Made by a program: the position numbers and the translations under genes
The notes under the pieces: model-generated
Databases searched by the model: none
Told to the model about the DNA's origin: nothing
Seen by the model: only the letters and a program-made list of their open reading frames with translations
Assembly: GCA_963765675.1 (NCBI GenBank)
Contig: CAVXXK010000001.1
Location: 448,001-512,000, forward strand
DNA: 64,000 nucleotides
Direction: 5' to 3'
From: an uncultured delta proteobacterium
GTDB lineage: Bacteria > Desulfobacterota > Binatia > Binatales > Binataceae
Part shown: piece by piece, positions 21,864 to 30,362 of the stretch
Position numbering within the stretch: the first letter of the stretch is position 1
How the letters are laid out: the number at the start of each line of letters is the position of its first letter

Positions 21864-22253
21864 GGCTTGCGATAGGGAACAATCACTCCGCGCAGCATCG
21901 GGAAGTGGCGCGCGTTGAGAGTTACCAGCGCGCTTTGCGATGCGACCGCACTGGCCGCGATCGCTGCGTCAACCAGGCCGGTGCCATGACTTCGGCCATA
22001 CTCGCGGCGGAACAATCCGGCCTGCACCGCGATGTCGCGATCAACCGCGACTGGCTCGAGCAGCTCCTCGAGCCGGGCCATCGCTTCGCGCTCGGCGTCG
22101 TCTCGCACGCCGACGTACAACTCGGTGAGCGTGAGGCACGAGACTCGATGCGGCGCCGATCGCGGCCTTCAGGTAGGCAAGAGCCTTGGGCTCGCCGCGA
22201 AGATAGTCGATCAGAACGTCGGTATCGATGAGCAGGGCCGATAGTGCTGGCAT
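21860..22253 (-). CDS. vapC: PIN-domain VapC toxin (frameshift near 22150)
   Basis: LIDTDVLIDYLRG ... ELYVG ... DAAIAASA ... LVTLNARHFP. Confidence 0.8.
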
Positions 22254-22258
22254 CCGAG

Positions 22259-22528
22259 CTAGGCTTGGCCGCGGACAGGTCGGACCCTATCGGCCTCACG
22301 CCGCAGGGCGTCGAAGTCGGGCAGATCGGTGCGTCCGCGCCAGAGGCCGGCGACGGCCTCGAGGACCTGCGCGCGCCCGGCGGCCGTCGTCTGTTCCAGC
22401 CAGTGATCCACCGCGGCGCGGATTATCTCGCTTTGCGGACGGCCGGTGCGTTTGGCCAGGCGCCGCAAGCTCTGATGCTCGCGCCGGGTCAGATAAATCT
22501 GGGTTCTCACCATCGCCTGGTTCTTCAT
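22259..22528 (-). CDS. CopG/ribbon-helix-helix antitoxin
   Basis: RTQIYLT...SEIIRAAVD...AGLW; directly upstream of vapC. Confidence 0.85.
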   Translation of the reverse strand: MKNQAMVRTQIYLTRREHQSLRRLAKRTGRPQSEIIRAAVDHWLEQTTAAGRAQVLEAVAGLWRGRTDLPDFDALRREADRVRPVRGQA

Positions 22529-22549
22529 GATGTATATCTATGATGTATA
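22527..22549. promoter_or_regulatory. direct-repeat operator of the antitoxin-vapC operon
   Basis: ATGATGTATA at 22527 and 22540, overlapping the antitoxin start. Confidence 0.55.
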
Positions 22550-22653
22550 GTTCCTTTTCAAGCGCGGGTCCATCCGAACGGTTAGTTGTGTGCGCGCTCC
22601 TGCCCGATTTTGGGCAAGGTGGGGCCTTGGATTTTTTGAATTGGGCACTTTTC

Positions 22654-23056
22654 GGTGGGTTCGTTTGGTATCTTTTCTAGTCGCTAAAAAAATAAACTCC
22701 TTGAAAATGCTGCCGATTCCGGGGCGATTGGGTTCGATTCTGCAGCTTTTTCGGTCATCGATTTTCGGGAAGAAAAACTAGACACGAAGACACCAAGGAA
22801 GACCAAGACACTAAGACACGAAGAACACGCATTTCCGCGCGCGGCGCGCGAAAATGCGTCAGTTCTTTGTGCCTTTGTGTCTTGGTGGTTGGATTGATGA
22901 TTGTGTCTGGTCGCGAAAGCATCTCCCTGCAAAATGGTGCGCGGTAGTGAGCGGGTTGCTTCCACTCGATCAGCTTTTGCACGAAGTGGATTCAGGCATA
23001 AGGCTGAACAGTTCAGCCATGAACAAATCTGGCAAAAACCCGAACGAGTGTTAGGG
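22654..23056 (+). repeat. dispersed intergenic element, copy 1
   Basis: Shares GGTGGGTTCGTT, CCTTGAAAA (+45) and an ungapped 82-bp block with 46796-47097. Confidence 0.75.
22778..22891. repeat. AAGACACNAAG-type short-unit repeat forming an inverted pair
   Basis: gacacgaag/gacaccaag/gacactaag units, then ctttgtgcc/ctttgtgtc/ttggtggtt, around a GCATTT..AAATGC hairpin. Confidence 0.6.
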
Positions 23057-23138
23057 AGACGGATGGCGGCTTCAGAAAGTGTGGAACCGCAAGATAAAGC
23101 CTGTGCCACAAGGAGTTCGGCGGATTAGCGGCGTGCGG

Positions 23139-23167
23139 AGACGGGCGCGTCCCGACGCGCCTCTACG
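23139..23167 (-). repeat. GTAG-type REP
   Basis: Reverse complement CGTAGAGGCGCGTCGGGACGCGCCCGTC resembles REPs at 26833 and 26886. Confidence 0.6.
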
Positions 23168-23465
23168 AAAATGGGCAGATCATCGAATCGCAATTTGTAG
23201 GATTTGCGAGCCGCCGCGCGTCTTCCCTCGCAGTCCGTCTCCAGGCGCTAACTTTCCTCCCGCATGAGCGATCGTCGTCGATGGGCACGACTCGTGCCGG
23301 TGCTATGTAAAACGGTTCATCGTCCGAGTCACCGAATCGGCTGAAAAATTCTGGCGGGAATGAATTCAGCTTAGCTTAAGCTTTGTCATCAGTTCGGATT
23401 ATATAGAGAATTACTCCGTAAAATCAGCTATTTAGGTTAATTTCGCGGTATTTTGCGTAAGGGCG

Positions 23466-23495
23466 TTGACTTGGTTTCGGCACGCCGTCTAAAGT
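23466..23495 (+). promoter_or_regulatory. putative sigma70 promoter of iclR
   Basis: TTGACT-18 nt-TAAAGT in an AT-rich upstream region. Confidence 0.4.
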
Positions 23496-23559
23496 AAAAC
23501 ACTTTTCCAAAGCGCTTCTTCGGCTTGGTCCCGTCGGCTGCGTCGCGCGTGGAATTTCG

Positions 23560-24342
23560 ATGGTCAGACGCGACAAGACCAACTACGTTATACAATCCGT
23601 TGCGCATTCGCTCGACGTGCTCGAGCAATTTTTCGGCGACGTTGACGAACTCGGCGTGACCGAGCTTTCCAAGCGCCTCAAGCTCCACAAGAACAACGTC
23701 TTCCGCCTGCTCGCGACGCTCGAAGCTCGCGGCTATATCGAGCAGAATAAATCGACCGAGAATTACCGGCTCGGGATCAAATGCCTCCTGCTCGGGCGGC
23801 GCTATATTCATCACATGGGACTCGTGCGGCAGGCGCGGCCTACTCTGGCCGAGCTTGCGCGCAAATGCCGCGAGAGCACTTACGTCGCGATTCTGCGCCG
23901 CGACGGCGTAGTTCCGCTCGAAGCGGCGGAACCCGAGGATCGCGCGGTGCGAATCACGCCGCCGATCGGCAACACGCTGCCGCTGCATTGCACGGCGGTC
24001 GGCAAGGCGCATCTGGCCTTCGACACGGAGGAGCAGCTTCGCGCGGCGCTGCCGGAGCATCTGAAGCGCTTCACCGATCGCACGATAATCGATCGCGCGG
24101 CGCTGCTCGAACAGCTAACCGGCGTGTCGAGCACCGGATATGCGACCGACGCGGGCGAGTACGTCGAGGAAGTGAACTCGATCGCGGTGCCGATTCGCGA
24201 TTACACGCGCTCGGTGGTGGGCTCGCTCGCGATCGCGGGGCCGGCCTATCGGATGGCGCCCGAACGAATCGCCGCCGAGCTCGCGCCGACGCTGCTCGAA
24301 GCGGGCGGCGAAATCTCCCGCCGCCTCGGTTTTAACGAGTAA
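23560..24342 (+). CDS. IclR family transcriptional regulator
   Basis: IQSVAHSLDVLE, HTH FRLLATL, LHCTAVGKA, IAVPIRD. Confidence 0.93.
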   Translation: MVRRDKTNYVIQSVAHSLDVLEQFFGDVDELGVTELSKRLKLHKNNVFRLLATLEARGYIEQNKSTENYRLGIKCLLLGRRYIHHMGLVRQARPTLAELARKCRESTYVAILRRDGVVPLEAAEPEDRAVRITPPIGNTLPLHCTAVGKAHLAFDTEEQLRAALPEHLKRFTDRTIIDRAALLEQLTGVSSTGYATDAGEYVEEVNSIAVPIRDYTRSVVGSLAIAGPAYRMAPERIAAELAPTLLEAGGEISRRLGFNE

Positions 24343-24378
24343 CGGTTTTTCGCCCTTACGTAACCGGTCGAATCGCGT

Positions 24379-25491
24379 TCAAGCGAGACCGAGGCCATCG
24401 TAAATCGCGTCTAGCGTGGAAACTATCCGCGCATCGTGGCGGTTTTCCTGCGACTCGAGCATCCCATTAAACACCAGCGCGACGACGACCTTGTTTTCGG
24501 GATCAAGAAAGGCCGACGACGAGACGTAACCGTTGTGGCCCCACGTGCGCCGGGAGCATCGATTACCGAACCACGCGGCCGCATTGCAGTACTGTTTCGA
24601 ATCGATCACGACGCCGAGTCCCCGGTCGAGCGGATAGCCGAAGGTATGGTCGCGCGTTGCGACCAGATGGCGCGCCGAGATCGCCTCGACGGTCTGCGGC
24701 CGGATAACTCCGCCTCCGCCTGCGAGCATCGCTTCGTAGAATTTTCCGAGGTCGTGAATCGGCCCGCGCGCGCTGCCTCCCGGACGGCATACCGCGAGCG
24801 CCTCTGCGCTGTCGCTCCAGAGCGGATAAGTGTGCGGCATCGGTTTCGAGAGGCCGGTCGCGAAGTGCATCGGCGCGATTCGACGATCGGCCGCATACTC
24901 GCGATAGCGTTCCGGCGGCATCCCGAGCCAGGTGTCATTCATCCCTAACGGCTCGAAAATTTCCTCGCGCACGTATTGCGAATACGGCCGGCCGTCGATA
25001 CGCCGCACGATCTCCGCGAGCGCATACCATCCCGACGCGACGTGATAGCCCATCCGCTCGCCGGGCACCCATCCGGGGGCGAGCGACGCGGCGCAAAGTT
25101 CGGCGATAATTTTTTCCCAGGGATCGGTGGACCACGCCAGGACCGCGCCCGGGAATCCGCCAGTGTGAGTCAGGACGTGACGAATCGTGACGCGTTCCTT
25201 GCCCCTGACGCCGAACTCCGGGATGTGCCGCGCGACCGGATCGTCGAGCTCGAGCTTGCCCTGCTCCCACATCTTCGCGATCGCGACCGCGGTGATCGGC
25301 TTGATCGACGACATCCACAGCATCAGCGTGTCGGGGCGCATCGCGACGCCCTCGCGCGCCTCGCCGAACGCGAGATCGCCGAGCACTTCGCCGTCGCGCG
25401 AAACGTACAGTTGCGCGCCGAGATGCAGCCGCGCCTTGATCCCGCGCTCGATCACCGAAGCGGCTTTTTCGAGTATCTGATGTTGGCTCAT
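24379..25491 (-). CDS. serine hydrolase (beta-lactamase class C-like)
   Basis: SSIK (SxxK), LTHTGG, GYH, WGHNG. Confidence 0.88.
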   Translation of the reverse strand: MSQHQILEKAASVIERGIKARLHLGAQLYVSRDGEVLGDLAFGEAREGVAMRPDTLMLWMSSIKPITAVAIAKMWEQGKLELDDPVARHIPEFGVRGKERVTIRHVLTHTGGFPGAVLAWSTDPWEKIIAELCAASLAPGWVPGERMGYHVASGWYALAEIVRRIDGRPYSQYVREEIFEPLGMNDTWLGMPPERYREYAADRRIAPMHFATGLSKPMPHTYPLWSDSAEALAVCRPGGSARGPIHDLGKFYEAMLAGGGGVIRPQTVEAISARHLVATRDHTFGYPLDRGLGVVIDSKQYCNAAAWFGNRCSRRTWGHNGYVSSSAFLDPENKVVVALVFNGMLESQENRHDARIVSTLDAIYDGLGLA

Positions 25492-25507
25492 GCGGTTCTC
25501 CGATACC

Positions 25508-25963
25508 TCAACGATGCCGCCGCCGGTCCTTATTGCCGTTGTCTTCGGCGAGAGCATCCAGCGTGCCGAGCACAATGGCAAGGGCATGCCGCACGGCGGG
25601 GCCCTGCTCCTGAAGATGGCGCCGGACGATCGCGATCTTCCTTCCGCGTGCCAGCGCGACGAGGTTCCGGCCCTTCGCCGTCACCTCGACCAAGACGCCT
25701 CGCCCATCCGAGGGATCCTTGGCGCACCGAACCAGGCGCGCGCGTTCCATATCGTGGATCAAGCGGGTCATCGAGGGCCGCCGCACGCGCTCGAACGCGG
25801 CCAGTTCTCCGACATTTGCGCGGCCGTGGAAGACGAGACTGGTTAACACCGAAAACCGCGCGGGGCTCAAATTCAGCTCGACATCGATGTCCCGCAGGCG
25901 TCGGCCAAAGTGCTGGACGAACAGATACAGGCGCTCGGCCTGCTGATCGATAACGCTTGCCAC
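25508..25963 (-). CDS. MarR family transcriptional regulator
   Basis: PSMTRLIHDMERARLV, DPSDGRGVLVEVT. Confidence 0.85.
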   Translation of the reverse strand: MASVIDQQAERLYLFVQHFGRRLRDIDVELNLSPARFSVLTSLVFHGRANVGELAAFERVRRPSMTRLIHDMERARLVRCAKDPSDGRGVLVEVTAKGRNLVALARGRKIAIVRRHLQEQGPAVRHALAIVLGTLDALAEDNGNKDRRRHR

Positions 25964-25977
25964 GTCCGCGAGAGTAA

Positions 25978-26000
25978 TATAGTTAGTAATGCTAATCAAT
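25978..26000. promoter_or_regulatory. putative MarR operator
   Basis: AT-rich imperfect palindrome TAGTTAG-TAATG-CTAATCA between divergent marR and phosphoesterase. Confidence 0.4.
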
Positions 26001-26016
26001 ATCGGAGAGGTGATGA

Positions 26017-26577
26017 ATGGCGACCATACCACGGACCAGGATCGAGGGACGCCGATTCGGCCTGCTGGCCGACACTCATGACAATCTCGTGAAGTGGCCG
26101 GAAATTCTCGAGCAGGTTCGGACCGCGTTGGGACCGGTCGACGGGATCATCCACTGCGGTGACTTATGCACGCTACAGGCGCTCAACGATCTGTCCAAAG
26201 TCGCGCCGGTCTGGGCGGTCAGAAGCGGCGCGGACCCCGCGGCTTCGCCTCCAGAGCTTGTTGACGGACCCAGGATCCTTGAAATCGGCGAAGTGCGGAT
26301 CGGAATCGTGAACTCGCTGAGTTCCGATCCGATCAAAGCGGAGGTGGAACCGGGCCTGCGCTTTCCTCATGTCAGGGGCTCCGAAGTCGCGGCGACCGTT
26401 TTCGGCCATTCCGTCGACGTGTGCATCTTCGGAGGATCTCACCGAACCGCAATCGCCTCGAGCGGCGGCACGCTCTTCGTGAACCCGGGTAGCCCCTCTC
26501 TCGCCGAGAAAAAAACGGCGGGTATTCTGACGGTCGATCAAGGCATGGTCTCGGTAGAGATTGTCGCCGTGTCCTGA
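26017..26577 (+). CDS. metallophosphoesterase (YfcE-like)
   Basis: ADTHD, HCGD, NPGS; the usual GN and GHxH motifs are degenerate. Confidence 0.75.
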   Translation: MATIPRTRIEGRRFGLLADTHDNLVKWPEILEQVRTALGPVDGIIHCGDLCTLQALNDLSKVAPVWAVRSGADPAASPPELVDGPRILEIGEVRIGIVNSLSSDPIKAEVEPGLRFPHVRGSEVAATVFGHSVDVCIFGGSHRTAIASSGGTLFVNPGSPSLAEKKTAGILTVDQGMVSVEIVAVS

Positions 26578-26703
26578 AGGTGGCACCGGCTTTAGCCGGT
26601 GATTCTTCCGAGGGAGACGGGCGCGCCGCAGGCGCGGTTTCCAATGAGTTCGGTCCGCGCGAAAATCGAAGAGCCATAGCTGGTTGCACTAATCGCTTCG
26701 CGG

Positions 26704-26732
26704 AGATCCTTCGCCTGCGGCTCAGGATGACT
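26704..26732 (-). repeat. GTCATCCTGAGC-type REP
   Basis: Reverse complement GTCATCCTGAGCCGCAGGCGAAGGATCTC. Confidence 0.55.
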
Positions 26733-26832
26733 GCAACGAGTTGACTGAAATTGCGATACTCATCGCCCCACATACATTCGTGGCAGGCGTGACGAGTATC
26801 GAGGCATTCTGATTGATCGAAACTGCGTGAAA

Positions 26833-26860
26833 GACGGGCGGCTCGCGAGCCGCCCCTACG
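26833..26860 (-). repeat. GTAG-type REP, intact partner of the IS-disrupted REP
   Basis: Reverse complement CGTAGGGGCGGCTCGCGAGCCGCCCGTC. Confidence 0.75.
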
Positions 26861-26920
26861 AAGACTGATTCGCACGGATTCAATTCGTAGGGGCGCCTCG
26901 CGATGGGAAGTATGCGGCAC

Positions 26921-26949
26921 TTGACTACCGGATGATTCTGCGCTATTCT
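26921..26949 (+). promoter_or_regulatory. transposase promoter, probably leaderless
   Basis: TTGACT-17 nt-TATTCT, then 7 nt to ATG at 26957, no SD. Confidence 0.55.
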
Positions 26950-26956
26950 CCCTTGC

Positions 26957-27892
26957 ATGAAGCAAACAGAATTATGGGAACAGAAGGAACCGAAATTTGT
27001 CCGCCAGATGACGGTTCACCAGTTCGAGGAAATGTTCCCGAACGAAACCGCCTGTTGCGAATTTCTGCTCCACCGGCGCTGGCCCGCTGGCGTTCGCTGC
27101 GCGCGCTGCAACAACGATCATGTGTACGCCAGCAAGGCGCGTCCGTGGCACTGGCAGTGCAAGAAATGCGGAAAGAACAATCGCGCGCCCTACCGCTTTT
27201 CGCTCAAGACCGGAACGATTTTCGAGGAAACCAAGCATCCGTTGCTGACGTGGTATCGCGTGCTGCATCTGATGGTTACATCCAAGAAAGGAATCAGCGC
27301 CCTACAAATCCATCGGATGCTCGGCTTCGGGTCTTATCGAACCGCCTGGTACATGTGCATGCGGCTACGCGCGGGCATGGCCGATCCTGATTTTCGGCAT
27401 CTCATGGGCATCGTGGAGATCGATGAGACGTTCATCGGCGGGAAAGAAAAAAACAAGCATCTCGGCAAGCGTAACCCCAAGAATCTAGGCGGCAAGGGAA
27501 AGGCCGTTGTGATCGGTGCGATCTCGCGCAAAGGGAATTTGGTTTGCCAAATGATCGAAACAGCGGACCGCGACACTATGATGCGGTTCGTTCAGAAAAC
27601 CGTAGCGCGTGGCGTCGATCTGGTAGTAACGGACGAACACAAGGGCTACGACACGATAGTTGATAGCGGGCGTCCGCACGAGGTTATCCGGCACAGCGAT
27701 AACGTGTACGTTCGCGGCATCGTGCATACCAATTCAATCGAGGGATTTTGGGCGCTGCTCAAACGCGGAATTATCGGCACCTACCACAACGTCAGCCGCA
27801 AGTATCTCCCGCTGTACCTGAACGAGTTTCAATTCAGGTACAACAACCGGAGGCAGGCGGACATCTTCGGCAAGGCGATAGCAGGGTGCTGA
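26957..27892 (+). CDS. IS1595 family (ISXO2-like) transposase
   Basis: Zinc ribbon CARC..CKKC, GTIFE, VEIDETFIGG, VTDE, HTNSIEGFW, YLNEFQFRYN. Confidence 0.95.
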   Translation: MKQTELWEQKEPKFVRQMTVHQFEEMFPNETACCEFLLHRRWPAGVRCARCNNDHVYASKARPWHWQCKKCGKNNRAPYRFSLKTGTIFEETKHPLLTWYRVLHLMVTSKKGISALQIHRMLGFGSYRTAWYMCMRLRAGMADPDFRHLMGIVEIDETFIGGKEKNKHLGKRNPKNLGGKGKAVVIGAISRKGNLVCQMIETADRDTMMRFVQKTVARGVDLVVTDEHKGYDTIVDSGRPHEVIRHSDNVYVRGIVHTNSIEGFWALLKRGIIGTYHNVSRKYLPLYLNEFQFRYNNRRQADIFGKAIAGC

Positions 27893-28099
27893 GACGTGGG
27901 AACTGGCGACCGTCTCAGCTATCCCGCGAGACGACGCCAGCGGAAGTGAAGCAGTTGGAATTTTCATTTGTCTCTCTGAGTCCACACAATCACGCGAATA
28001 ACCAGAACGACTAAAAGAGCAATATACATGTAGCGGTTTACCTTCTTGATGATACTGTCTGCTCGCTCGTAATCATCTGCCGTCCAACTCGAAGCAAGA

Positions 28100-28948
28100 A
28101 TGAAACCTGAGCTAGAAACGAGCCTCAAATTTTGGCGGATGTGGAGAGACATCGGAACATACACACTAATAGTAGGCGTCCTCGCCGAAAGCCTGCTTGA
28201 TTTGTTTTGGAAGGAAAAGCAGCCAGCCATTACGTTGGACGTTCGCACGAAGGCCGAAAAATTTTGCGCTTGGTGGAACCCACGAAACATAGCGATATTG
28301 GTCGTGATATTTGTCGTTGCCATAGGCATCGGCATGGAGATGGTCTTCGGCGATTGGGCTGACGACATCGCCGACCAAATGCGCGTTGATTCAACCGCGG
28401 AACTGACGGCGTTCGTAAGACTTGAAAGCGGAATCCGGGAAATTACTCGCGACGATCCGACATATAAATTGAAGCCCTTTGCCGGGACGACAATTGTCGT
28501 TCGTTTTATCGCATCACCCACCGTGTTCGGCAGTTGGACGATCGATGAGTGGTGGGAGGCGCAAAGCTTCGCCGGAAGCTTTGAAGAACTGGCGGCGCCT
28601 TGGTTGGGATGGAGATGCCGGATTCTATGGAAAACCCCGGTTTTGGCAGGAGTAGGGACAAACGATGTCACGATATATTCAGCCGCCGTCATAGGTGGCC
28701 ACAGCAAATTCAAGCGTCCTCCCGCCGGTACGCCAGAGCGCAAAGGATGGGATGCTGCCCACGCCCTCCTTTCGTTTCTGAACAATGACCTGAATCTTTG
28801 GACTGCCCGGTACGTGCCCTTGGAAAGATTTGACCAATGTTCGGGACCGGGAATAGGCAGGGATGCCGTGTGCGTGGAAGTCGGCGTTAACCATCCCACC
28901 CAAAACGTGGCCGCCTTTTTAGAACACAAAAACGAAGAGAACCGATGA
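28100..28948 (+). CDS. IS passenger: hypothetical membrane protein
   Basis: 282 aa, two N-terminal hydrophobic helices, lower GC, inside the TIRs. Confidence 0.6.
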   Translation: MKPELETSLKFWRMWRDIGTYTLIVGVLAESLLDLFWKEKQPAITLDVRTKAEKFCAWWNPRNIAILVVIFVVAIGIGMEMVFGDWADDIADQMRVDSTAELTAFVRLESGIREITRDDPTYKLKPFAGTTIVVRFIASPTVFGSWTIDEWWEAQSFAGSFEELAAPWLGWRCRILWKTPVLAGVGTNDVTIYSAAVIGGHSKFKRPPAGTPERKGWDAAHALLSFLNNDLNLWTARYVPLERFDQCSGPGIGRDAVCVEVGVNHPTQNVAAFLEHKNEENR

Positions 28949-29115
28949 AGGCGAAATACGCTCAGAAAATTCTGTTCTTCTACTGCTACAAGTGTCGGAG
29001 CTACGAACCGAAAACCAGTCCGCATTACCGGGCGCAGAAACAGCGCTTGTCCCGCCGTAAGGCAAAGCAAAAGGCAGAACAGAACGGTGACACTTCCGCG
29101 CCCATTGCGCCATAA
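28945..29115 (+). CDS. IS passenger: 56-aa basic CxxC protein
   Basis: ATGA overlap with upstream stop; MKAKYAQKILFFYCYKCRSYEPKTSPHYRAQKQRLSRRKAKQK... Confidence 0.4.
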   Translation: MKAKYAQKILFFYCYKCRSYEPKTSPHYRAQKQRLSRRKAKQKAEQNGDTSAPIAP

Positions 29116-29260
29116 TCGCCGTTCGTCACCGTCGAAATCTGAAACAGAGTTAGAATCCGGCCTGTCAGGAGAAAGTGTAGCCGTTTCGTCAATGGTAGTC
29201 CAGAGGGGCATACTTCCCCTCGCGATGCGCCCGTCGTCGCGTGACGACGATTGCCTGAAC

Positions 29261-29349
29261 ACCCTCTCCCCACGGGAGAGGGCGACGCGGCGCGATGCTT
29301 GCGTTTTTTTCGCAAGCATCGTGACGCGTGGGTGAGGGTGCTGCTCTGC
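29261..29349 (+). repeat. CCCTCTCCC...GGGTGAGGG REP with internal GATGCTTGCG/CGCAAGCATC hairpin
   Basis: Near-identical to 36256-36358. Confidence 0.8.
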
Positions 29350-29425
29350 GATTTATGCTCCCATAAATTCGTTGTCACATTTCGGCAGGCCGCCTCGTCT
29401 GGTTTATAGAGAGGCAGGATTCGTG

Positions 29426-29869
29426 ATGCGCACCAAGCTCGCATGGCTCCTTGGATTGCTGTCGGCCGCAAACGGAGTTTTTATGATGCTGGCGCCGGCG
29501 CTCTGGTATGGAAGCATCCCCGGCGTACCGGAGACCGGAGCGTTCAACCCTCACTTCGTCCGCGACATCGGTGCAGCCTATATCGTCAGCGGAGCGGCTC
29601 TGGTGTGGTTCGCACGCGACTCGAGGGCGCGGCCTGCGGCGCTGGCGGCGTTTGCTTTTTTCGCACTCCACGCGCTGGTGCACGCGCACGACTTTATTAT
29701 GGCGAGCGAAACTTTGCGTTACGCGGCGCTTGATGTTCCGTCGATATACTTGCCGGCGGCGCTTGCGTTTTGGATTGCGTGGCCTCAACCGGACTGCGCA
29801 AAAGGAGAAATATCCGATGATCAAATGGCTGATTCGACGGCGGCTCGACGCGTTCGAACGCGAGTATGA
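29426..29869 (+). CDS. membrane hypothetical protein
   Basis: About 4 TM segments, FNPHFVRDIG motif; first gene of the ECF41 operon. Confidence 0.7.
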   Translation: MRTKLAWLLGLLSAANGVFMMLAPALWYGSIPGVPETGAFNPHFVRDIGAAYIVSGAALVWFARDSRARPAALAAFAFFALHALVHAHDFIMASETLRYAALDVPSIYLPAALAFWIAWPQPDCAKGEISDDQMADSTAARRVRTRV

Positions 29870-30362
29870 CTATGACCTCAGCTATGGGCGCGATATCCTT
29901 GATGCCAGCGTGCGCGCCGCGGTCGCGCTTTCCCGGGTCATGAGCTTCTCGAACTATCGCGAGGATGCTCCGGCAAACGCCTGCTGCGCTGCCGGAATAG
30001 CGGGAACCGTGGCGGAGGATTGCGGACCCTGCACCCAGCTCGCGGTAACGATGGCGGAGCGTGGAGGCGTCGCGCCGGCTACGATCAAGGCGATCCTGGC
30101 AGGCGACGAGCGCGCGATGCCGCCCGATGCGGCGCTGGGCTTCCGGTTTGCGCAGGCGGTCCTGCGTCATGATCCCGAGGCCGACACCTTGCGCGAGGAA
30201 ATCGTGGCAAAATGGGGTAAGCGTGCATTGGTCTCGCTGGCCTTCGCGGTTACTTCGGCGCGGCTGTTTCCGACGCTCAAGTATGCGCTCGGCCACGGCC
30301 GCTCGTGCATGAAAGTCAGGGTCGCAGGATCGGACACGATGGTGGCGCGGCACGCCGCATGA
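29817..30362 (+). CDS. AhpD/carboxymuconolactone decarboxylase-like protein
   Basis: AAGGAG SD; EDCGPC redox motif; typical ECF41 neighbour. Confidence 0.7.
   Translation: MIKWLIRRRLDAFEREYDYDLSYGRDILDASVRAAVALSRVMSFSNYREDAPANACCAAGIAGTVAEDCGPCTQLAVTMAERGGVAPATIKAILAGDERAMPPDAALGFRFAQAVLRHDPEADTLREEIVAKWGKRALVSLAFAVTSARLFPTLKYALGHGRSCMKVRVAGSDTMVARHAA

Larger units (their letters stand above)
26905..29218 (+). mobile_element. IS1595-family element with passenger ORFs
   Basis: TIRs GGGAAGTATGCGGCACTTGACTACC (26905-26929) and reverse complement GGGAAGTATGCCCCTCTGGACTACC (29194-29218), 21/25 identical; TSD CTCGCGAT at 26897-26904 and 29219-29226. Confidence 0.93.

Noticed and set aside
23389-23420. 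dif/Xer site in the AT-rich stretch
   Set aside because: No TTATGT-type XerD half-site at the correct spacing.
27964-29319. 451-aa minus-strand ORF in the IS cargo
   Set aside because: It crosses the TIR into a REP, has no recognisable motifs and shadows the plus-strand membrane ORF.
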